A DNA stretch of 20,000 nucleotides from Paramecium tetraurelia (taxonomy: Eukaryota), in NCBI GenBank assembly GCA_000165425.1, contig CT868096.1, forward strand, positions 619,129 through 639,128, in the 5' to 3' direction. How positions within the stretch are numbered: position 1 is the first letter of the stretch; each line of letters begins with the position of its first letter. The notes beneath the pieces were generated by a model. It was not told the origin of the DNA, made no database searches, and saw only the letters and a list, made by a program, of their open reading frames with translations. The position numbers and the translations under genes are program-made. Shown piece after piece: positions 12,014 through 20,000 of the stretch.

Positions 12014-12420
12014 TCAATGACTATCGTGATGAATGTTTACGATATAGAATGCAGTTTCAATACTTGAAACCAAGAAGGCTCTGTCTTTGATTTCAATTCC
12101 AAATTCTTTTTCAAGGGCATCATGAATATGAATGCATGTAGCTACATCAACGTATCCTGCTGCATCATTCCAATTAGTATTAAATGTGATTGGAGTTGAT
12201 TCCCACTAAAACGATTAATGATTTCATTATATACTCTTTCAGGATCAATTTTTCTTAATCTTTCTCCAACCACTTTGATTATTCTCTTAGCTGTTACAGC
12301 TGGCTTAATTTACTGTTAATTAAATACGTTATTATAAACAGATCCATTGGGGAAATGATATGAGTAAAGAGGAGCATAAGTCTGCATAGTCTTAGCAAAT
12401 GTAGATACTAATTTATTCAT
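12014..12420 (-). CDS. Acyl-carrier-protein-like protein, probably mitochondrial, lacking the phosphopantetheine Ser; 117 aa
   Basis: MNKLVSTFAKTMQTYAPLYSYHFPNGSVYNNPAVTAKRIIKVVGERLRKIDPERWESTPITFNTNWNDAAGYVDVATCIHIHDALEKEFGIEIKDRAFLVSSIETAFYIVNIHHDSH. ALEKEFGIEIKD matches the ACP helix II/III signature. Introns at 12304-12327 and 12206-12234. Confidence 0.8.
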
Positions 12421-12455
12421 ATTATTTTAAATTATTATTTATTGTATTAATATAC

Positions 12456-12910
12456 TCATTGTTTCTTTGCTTATTATTTTTTAGGTTGTGGTTTCTTAGT
12501 TTCCTTCTCTTTGGGTTATACCTTTTATTATTCCTTAGGTTATTGCTTCTTTTGTTCCTTCTTCTCATCTTTGACTTCAACTTCAGCATCCTCCTTCAAT
12601 TTCTTGATTCTCAACATGCCTTATTTTGCAGATAATCCAGCAGGAGTACTACGATTGTTATTAATATTACTTGACTTCCCAAGCACCACCAGCAATTTAT
12701 AAACCAGTCTATGTGCATCTCCAAATACCAATAGCTTATCTCTTGAGTGAATGCTAAATTGTTAGATGAAATCTGTACGGCTCCAGTAAATGTATTGAAA
12801 TATCTTTAGTGCTATGAAATTTCGAACTTCTTTATAATCTTTCTCAAAGATGCACCATATCTTGTGCCATATTTTCCTGTAATTCCAACCTTCTTAGTCT
12901 TTTTAGTCAT
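12456..12910 (-). CDS. RPL37A: 60S ribosomal protein eL43 (L37a), cysteine-poor, with a K/E/Q-rich C-terminal extension; 135 aa
   Basis: [54 protein letters not shown] is the eL43 signature. Introns at 12754-12778 and 12649-12670. TGA at 12458-12456. Confidence 0.96.
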
Positions 12911-12950
12911 TTCAAATAATAATTAAAATCTTTAATTTATTTTTAAATTA

Positions 12951-13030
12951 TTATCCAATCCACTCATCCTCATATCATCCAAATCTATTCATATCCTTAT
13001 ACACAAATTTCATCTTCATATATCCTAAGC
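12951..13030. promoter_or_regulatory. Clustered ATCC/GGAT motifs in the divergent RPL37A-chromodomain intergenic region (putative promoter elements)
   Basis: Six ATCC copies in about 75 nt, in a plus-strand tract almost devoid of G, 40-120 nt upstream of the RPL37A ATG. Function is inferred from position only. Confidence 0.4.
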
Positions 13031-13133
13031 TAACAAATACTATACCTTTAAATAAAACTACTCTGCCTTTTCTCATTATTTCCCTTTTAAAAGGAATTTA
13101 TTTAACTCTTATATCTCTTTTAATTAATTATAA

Positions 13134-13616
13134 ATGAAACACTAAAAAAAGTCGAAACAAGAGTATTAATTTTTTAATGTCGAAAAAATCGTTGGTAAGA
13201 GATATGATCCTGAAACTAATGAATTATAATATTGTATCAAATGGGAAGGCTATCCCGATGAAGAAAATACTTGGGAACCTGTAGAAAACCTTTAAAATGT
13301 CCTTTCATTCGTTCAAGAATATGAAGCTTATTAAAATAGTACAAGAAAAAAGCCTAAAATACAATTGGATGATAAAAAACTCAAAAATTTGCTCCTTATC
13401 AAACTAAATCAGTTCCTAGAATAGATGGCACCTAAATATGAATTATAAGAAATCAATCTGAGTGATTTTGACAGCTCTGAGGAAATAAAAGAATAACAAT
13501 AACATTAAGAAACTTAACCTAAAGCTACACCAGAACAATATGAACCAAAATCTCACATACTAACACAAGGTTTTCATTGGTGTCCTCAAAATTATGAATC
13601 TAATATAGATTATTGA
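13134..13616 (+). CDS. Chromodomain (HP1/Pdd-like) protein, 160 aa
   Basis: FFNVEKIVGKRYDPETNELQYCIKWEGYPDEENTWEPVENLQNVLSFVQEYE is a canonical chromodomain with the aromatic cage residues F/W/Y. Intronless; first TGA at 13614-13616. Confidence 0.9.
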
Positions 13617-13966
13617 AAATATCATGCCAAAATTTTGTGCTTATTTGATGATTTTAATTAAATTCTTATTTACCCACTCTAAATGGATAATGATTCTAAA
13701 GTCTTGCTTTATTGTTAAAACTCAATTCACTATTTTTAATATTGTTCCCAAAATTATTATTATTTCAATAAATCTTTAAAATTATATAAATACTGATTGT
13801 CGTTGTTGAATCATTTAACAATCCCACATAATTTATCAACAAAAAATAGGTTTATAAAAAATTAAATAATTATTTATGGAAAATAAGTTTAATAATTTTT
13901 ATATTTAAAAACATTCCTAATTCTATTAAACTATGTTTTAAATCTCTGATAGAAGATTAGTAATAT

Positions 13967-15658
13967 ATGAAGAATATTAATTTTATTGATATAAAGCTAA
14001 ACTAATCTACCTAAGAGCCATCCTGCATAACGTAAGAGAATTGGGTCGATTAACTATTGAACCCTGACTTAAGAAGAAACTTAAACTAATGTAATAATTA
14101 AATTGAAAAAATTTCTCTATTTCCAATAGTGGGATATGGGCTAAAAGTTGAGTTTCATGGTACACAAGAATTTAGTGTTAAAGTTAGATCCATTTCACAA
14201 GTGGAAAAAATAATTGATTTATCGACAATAGAATTAGGAAAGCAATATTAAACAAGAGACAAGCCAAATTGTATACTTCCATTATTAAAAAAGGAAGAAA
14301 ACAATTCTGAATTATTAAATTGTGAACTATTTAAGAGGAAGATGTCCTACTTAATAACCAAAAACCACCAATTATATGAATAAAACTCATATATTTATTT
14401 AATTTAGAGTACATTGAAATACCTAATAAAATACAATAATAATTAATAGTGGCAACAAGAAATGACTTAGGAAATATTTGAAGTTTGTGAATAAGTTTTT
14501 ATGAATTAGGACTTATATATAGATTCAATATAAAAAGAAGCATTTAAAAAATCAAAATTTTAATTGTTGAATGTATTTTGTTTGTTTAAGGAAAAAAAAC
14601 TTCAACCTGAAGTTATTTATTAGGAGTTTATATCTCCTAAATTATAAAATATTGAAAAGTTATAATTAAATGATGAAGGATAAAATGGATTAGGTAATTT
14701 TTTTGACACACTTAATTTGAACAACATAATATAAGACTTTGATGACATAAATGGATGTATAATAAGGTATTTAGATGAGAATGATTATTTTTATTTAAGA
14801 TTGTTCCACGGAAAATTTATAAGCAGTTTAATTAAATATTTCATTCCAAGCCAAAAATTTAGTTAAGAAATGGTTTCTTAAAAAGATGAAAGGCATACAA
14901 AATAAAGAAATTTAATAAAAAATTTTGCTTAATCAGCAATTTATAAGTTTTTATTTAATAACCTTATCAATAATTATTAAGAGGAAAAAAAAAAACAGAT
15001 TTTTTCATAACTAAATAAAATAATGGAAATATATGATTACTATTCATTTTTACAATCTTAATAGAAATACGAAGATTTAACTTTATACTACAATTTGAAT
15101 AATTTTTTAAGTAATTAAGATACATATAAAAATGGAATAATCCAATTTATCAATTATTTAGCATAGTAATTATTAAAAAAAATATCACTCTATGAATTAA
15201 GAAGAAAAACTTTTGAAAATTGTGAATAGTTGAGAAACTCCAGAGAAATATTGGAAAAGTAAGGAATAATAAGAAAATTCATGCAAATTTTTGGGATTGA
15301 TGGTAAAGAACAGGATGAACTAATAAATTAGATATTAGATACAACATCAGAAATATGTTGGCTAAATTATTAATCAATAAAAACTAATTGGCAAAATGAA
15401 GAGGAGATTATAAGCTTTTTAAATATGATCAAATGTTTTCCTTAAAGTTAGAATTTAAAAAGTAATTTCAATCTATATCTAAAATACTTGAATGATATAA
15501 CTTAATTTTGTTTTAAAATAAAGCATCAATCCAGGCAGTTCAAGTATTTTAATTAATTTGAAGAATATGAATTAAATAACACTCTTCCAAAGGATCAGAA
15601 AAAAGCATGTATATTCCTTAAAATCTTTCAAACTAGTAAGAATTTAATTAGAGCGTGA
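13967..15658 (+). CDS. Hypothetical intronless protein, about 563 aa
   Basis: One frame is free of TGA from at least 13862 to 15656. The first in-frame ATG in that stretch is 13967 (MKNINFIDIKLNQSTQEPSCITQENWVDQLLNPDLRRN). No motif recognised; the start and 3' end are uncertain. Confidence 0.75.
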
Positions 15659-15779
15659 AAAAGACGATTAATGTGAATGAGATTGATTACTATTATACTT
15701 AAAATTATAATTAAAGAAGTTTGAGAGAATTGATGTCCATAATGAATTTGATAACACAGATTAATTTGTAATTTCATTT

Positions 15780-15814
15780 TAATAAAATTTGATAATAAAA
15801 TTTGATAATAAAAT
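15780..15814 (+). repeat. 13-bp tandem repeat TAATAAAATTTGA x2.7
   Basis: TAATAAAATTTGA TAATAAAATTTGA TAATAAAAT, ending 17 nt before the HSF ATG. Confidence 0.8.
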
Positions 15815-15831
15815 ATATAATATTGATCAAA

Positions 15832-16724
15832 ATGAATAATATAAAGACATCTATCCCAACCTTCATTCTCAAAACCTATCAAATGTTGGAGGTATGAAAT
15901 CAATTGCCTAATTTAAGGATCAAAAGAGTACAAATGTAATTAGTTGGACTTCTTAAGGAACAGCATTTATAGTGTACAATTAAGTGTTATTGGAAAAAGA
16001 AGTCTTATAGAATTTCTTTAAACATAGCAATTATTCCAGCTTTGTAAGGTATAGAGAGTAGAAATATGATTGTAGATAATTGAATTTATATAATTTTAAA
16101 AAAGTGAAATCAAATGAAGGTTAAATATTCAAGCATAAATGTTTCCGTAAAGGCATGAAGTAATATCAAATATTTAAACTTAGATCAATGTTATAGTTTA
16201 TAAAACGAAAGAATTAGGATGATCCATAAGTTGGTTCTAACACTCTTGTATAAGAAGAGCCAAGTATTTCTGTCATATATTATATAGTCATCCATATCAA
16301 GGAGGAATAGAATTTATTTAAGGAGTGTGCCATTGACATCAAAGAAACGAACAATAAACTAAAGGAGGATATGAAATTATTATAAGAAACATCTTCATAT
16401 TTAATTGATTAAATGCAAAATCTTAATCATGTATTTATTAAATAAGACGCAATAGTTTGTTTATAACTAGAGTGTTGATATAGAGGTCAAATTCAAATAA
16501 GTTGGATAAATGTTACATGCAATAAATGAAGAACTGAGGCAAGAGAGTAAGAGTTGAATATATAAGTGTAAGATAAAAGTGAACCTATTACTAACAAATT
16601 TTTAGACAAAAAAGAAGATTGCTTTTAAGAATCAAAAGTTGGTTCTCCAAACCCTTATGTGGATTACAATAGCACAGCACTCAATCCATTGGATTATGAG
16701 TATTTTATAGACTCATTTTTATGA
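15832..16724 (+). CDS. Heat shock factor (HSF-type DNA-binding domain) transcription factor, about 246 aa
   Basis: IPTFILKTYQMLED..VISWTSQGTAFIVYNQ..VLQNFFKHSNYSSFVRQLNLYNFKKV..FKHKCFRKG..LQFIKRK, followed by a heptad-like region. Introns at 15892-15917, 16049-16075, 16160-16183, 16264-16287, 16431-16455 and 16547-16572. Confidence 0.95.
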
Positions 16725-16876
16725 AATAATTATCATATTAATTTATGAACTAACAACTAAATTAATTTTATTCAATATTATATAAGTCTCAATCTCAAAG
16801 ATAGTTTTGAGAAGCAGTAATTATCAAATGATTAAATTCATGACAAATGAACAAATAATATTAATATTCAATAATG

Positions 16877-17504
16877 TCAACAACTACTATGTGAACTAAA
16901 TTCTATTCCTTTGAAAAATTTGTACACAACAATAGCTTAGGTTACTGTAATCAATATTAATACTCCTATTTTTGCGATACCACACAAATAAATTGAATTT
17001 TAAGTGTTTTCTAAAACTAATTAAAATATTATTAAAATTTTTACTAATCTTATGAGAGTTTTCTCTATCAGTAATCCAATTTTGATTTCTATAGATTGAC
17101 TAAAAGTTTCTATTAGTTCTAGATAATTCTTTAGACATTTAATTAAATTGTTCAGATTAAGCATACTCTTTATCATCTCCATCGATATCAAAATCAAAGC
17201 TGACAGTTTTATAACTTCTATTCAGACTTCTAAAACAAATAAAATATGTTCCTATTTCATTTAATGTTTGTTTTAATGATCCTTCTTTTCCATTAGTCTT
17301 TTGTAGCAATTAATCATCATTTTCAGATTTTATGATTATTTCTGTTTTATCTTCATCCATTCCTGACACCTGAAAATTCACTATCAATTAACAATGTTTT
17401 TCATTAGATTTTACATAAAAGCAAGTTGGATTATGATTGATCTAAATAGATAGAGAATATCCTATATTTATTAAGCAAATTAAAATAAGTGTATATATTC
17501 TCAT
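16877..17504 (-). CDS. emp24/gp25L/p24 (TMED, GOLD domain) family protein, 199 aa
   Basis: Signal peptide MRIYTLILICLINIGYS; PTCFYV; GTYFICFRSLNRSYKTVSFDF; coiled coil IYRNQNWITDRENSHK; TM helix followed by YKFFK. Intron at 17017-17044. Confidence 0.9.
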
Positions 17505-17723
17505 CTATTATTTATTTATATGTAAAACTAAAATAAGTCATTTTTTGATTAAGAAACCTGTTTGGCTGAAATTGAATTACCATCTGAATGGAGACCTTAA
17601 TTCTTGAAGTGGACAAAAAAGTTAGAAAAATAGGATAAATATTAAGAGAAATTAAAGGCAAGTTTAGAAATAAAAAACAATGAATATTTCTTAATTTTAG
17701 AAGATGAAAAATAATCATTTAGA

Positions 17724-18319
17724 ATGAATATAAGCGAATTAAAATAACCAATGAATAAATGCAACTTATTAATACCATCACCTCCTTATAATGATTCACG
17801 AGATGTTTAAAATATAGGTGTCTTGCCCTACAAAGCAAAAGCAAAAATTGAGAATGATCAAAAAGATGCTAGAAATTAGTAAATAACACTTTTAACTTTT
17901 TTTAGTCTAAACTCAAATTTCTCCAGCAGCCATGAAATTGAAAAAAGTGAAAGTGAGAAGGAATATTGGGAATATTAAGTTTATGATAGACTCCAATTGT
18001 CTCATAAAGGTAATTGAATAATATCAATTTAGATATTAAATAACCATAGCAAGTTATGGAGAAACCACCTGTAGAAGTTTAAGACACATAAACTTTAAAG
18101 ATAAATTTAATTGAATTCTTGAGAACTAAGGGGGAGAGTGGAGCTAATATTTAAGAAATAAAGAAATATTATAAATTCCAAAATTTTTCAGAAGTAAGAT
18201 ATAAATTGTAAATCATAGAAAAATATTAAGGATACACTAAAAACTTTTGCAAATACAACTACTAGGGCTAGTAAATTAATTTATTTTTTACCTTCTACAT
18301 TGTAAAATTGAATGCTTGA
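17724..18319 (+). CDS. Hypothetical protein (3' end uncertain)
   Basis: ATG at 17724 or 17751 (MNKCNLLIPSPPYNDSRDVQNIGVLPYKAKAKIE). Typical small introns near 17879-17905, 18010-18032 and 18194-18218. Coding-like KINLIEFLRTKGESGANIQEIKKYY. The stop position depends on the intron choice. Confidence 0.5.
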
Positions 18320-18640
18320 GTTAAACGATTCTATACATAAATAATTAAATTTTAATAATTCTTTTCAATATAAATATTTCTATAAATAAAGAATTAAAAA
18401 TATTCAAATTAAATTTGTTATGCTAGATTTAATTAGGATAATTACAATCGACATTTCAATCAAACATGGACATTTCAATGGAGTATCAGAAAATTTTCTG
18501 AGTCTTGAACTAGAAAATAACAAAATGATTATGATGATTTTATAAGTTATTAATAAAACTATCCTTGAAAATTTAGTTATTAAACAAAAAAAAATAACTT
18601 CAAAAAGTTCTTGAAATCAATGAGGATATATATATATAAA

Positions 18641-19095
18641 TCAATTGATGGATGCTAAGTCTTCATAGAAGCAATAAGAACGAATGAGTTCATTATTTTC
18701 CCTTACTTCTATTTTTAGATTCTTATTATTTTAGGGTATTGTTTTAGAAACCCTATATCCGGTTGTTTTTTTTGTATTGAGTACATCAAGAATAGCAACT
18801 GGAACTGAGCGTTTGTTATTTTTGTAATAGTGAATGAGAGATTTAGCACTAGAATAATTGAGATCTAAGGTTTTGGCAACCTAAAAGTAATATTGATATA
18901 AATTACCTCCTTTATCTATTTTCCTTCTTAGAATACCTATCTAAATAGCTGTTTCTATTGTTCGATAGGTATTTTGTGGATTTTCCTTGTATTTGATTTA
19001 GAAACAATTCTTTTTGGAACATAATCTTCACCTTCAGAGCTTTGGGTGCTGGAATTTAAATCTCTGTATTATTAATGAGATAATGGTTGGCTCAT
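18641..19095 (-). CDS. Small helix-turn-helix (homeodomain-like) putative DNA-binding protein, 142 aa
   Basis: KIHKIPIEQQKQLFRQVFQEGKQIKEVAKTLDLNYSSAKSLIHYYK fits an HTH pattern. Intron at 18881-18906. TGA at 18643-18641. Confidence 0.8.
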
Positions 19096-19313
19096 ATGAA
19101 TTAAAAGGTTTAAGATATTAATAATATAAATAACAATGATAATGAATTATTTCATAATTTATTTTTAATTGAATTTAATTAAAAGAATATCTTCAGATGC
19201 ACAAATAATTACATAAGCAAATTTTATTGCAATCAATCTAGTGCTTAATAATTTTGAGAAAAGAATGGAAATAATAATTATAAATTCATCTTGATATGAT
19301 TTATACTTATAAT

Positions 19314-19935
19314 TCATTAAGCTGCAGCAACTGGGGGTTTTCTCATTTCTCTGATAAAGCGTTCATAAATTTCGTCTTCTCTTTATTTGAGTTCATTCTC
19401 AGTGTTCGGAGCATAATAGTTTGGATAATCCAATCCTGATGAGATTGATATATAAAAATTACCATATTTTGTTATTTTGAGTAATTGCTTCTCGATATAA
19501 TTCACAACTTTAGAAGCATCAGCCCAATTTCTATTTGCATTAGATCTATGTCCAAGAATAAAAGGTGGTCTAAGATGGAAATATTGATTTTAATAACTCT
19601 AAAAATGAGAGAACAAATTACTAACATCTTTTCTAATCTTGCACCAACAGGATAGAGATTAGTAACTCTACCTGATTCATGATTAAGGAATGCCCTCATA
19701 TGATTTAAAAAGGATTCGCCTATTGTTAAATATTAGCAATACCAACTCTTAATCTCTTAGCAAATGCTTCATATTCATATTCAGTCAAATCAGGTCTTAA
19801 TGTACTAAAAGAGGATTTGTAATATTTGAAATGCTATTCAGTTGTCATCTATCTTGCATTGATGGCTATTCCTCTTTCTGGATCAATGTATACTTCATCT
19901 GTGTCTGTTCCTCTTTGATTTCTCAATTAATTCAT
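19314..19935 (-). CDS. Hypothetical protein, 182 aa, family not recognised
   Basis: MNQLRNQRGTDTDEVYIDPERGIAINARQMTTEQHFKYYKSSFSTLRPDLTEYEYEAFAKRLRVGESFLNHMRAFLNHESGRVTNLYPVGARLEKML..RPPFILGHRSNANRNWADASKVVNYIEKQLLKITKYGLDYPNYYAP. Introns at 19720-19742, 19599-19621 and 19436-19462 give a clean frame. Confidence 0.85.
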
Positions 19936-20000
19936 TATTATATAAATAATAATATATTCACAATATATTGAATACTATAATTGAGACTAAGGATTACTTC

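Noticed and set aside
13876..14100. ATG 13876 frame with TGAs at 13987 and 14065, first read as a pseudogene
   Set aside because: A different frame is fully open from 13862 to 15658, so the gene is probably intact.
149..19699. Standard-code ORF track entries
   Set aside because: Most are antisense shadows of real genes. Only 4528-4719, 6162-6353 and part of 19502-19699 are fragments of true code-6 genes.
1..20000. IESs, transposons, tRNA/rRNA genes, CRISPR arrays
   Set aside because: None recognised. Intact genes need no TA-bounded insertions removed, consistent with macronuclear DNA. Small ncRNAs cannot be excluded without covariance-model searches.

Overview
Very AT-rich, gene-dense eukaryotic DNA with the hallmarks of a Paramecium macronuclear chromosome. 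TAA/TAG read as Gln (translation table 6), TGA is the only stop, introns are tiny (22-31 nt, GT..AG) and intergenic spacers are very short. The supplied standard-code ORF track is therefore almost entirely misleading. Manual translation with the ciliate code gives about 15 apparently intact genes: coiled-coil protein, FAM135/DUF676-like hydrolase, two tandem pepsin-family aspartic proteases, BI-1-like membrane protein, ACP-like protein, eL43/RPL37A, chromodomain protein, HSF, p24/GOLD, HTH protein and four hypotheticals. There are also two pseudogenes (a cyclin and a coiled-coil gene). The most unusual item is the tandem pair of a degenerate (probably inactive) and a canonical aspartic protease whose stop and start codons overlap as ATGA at 6392-6395, with no intergenic DNA. 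Also notable are an eL43 that has lost three of its four zinc cysteines and, 35 bp away, an ACP-like protein lacking the phosphopantetheine serine. All gene models and family calls come from hand translation and motif recognition; no database search was run.
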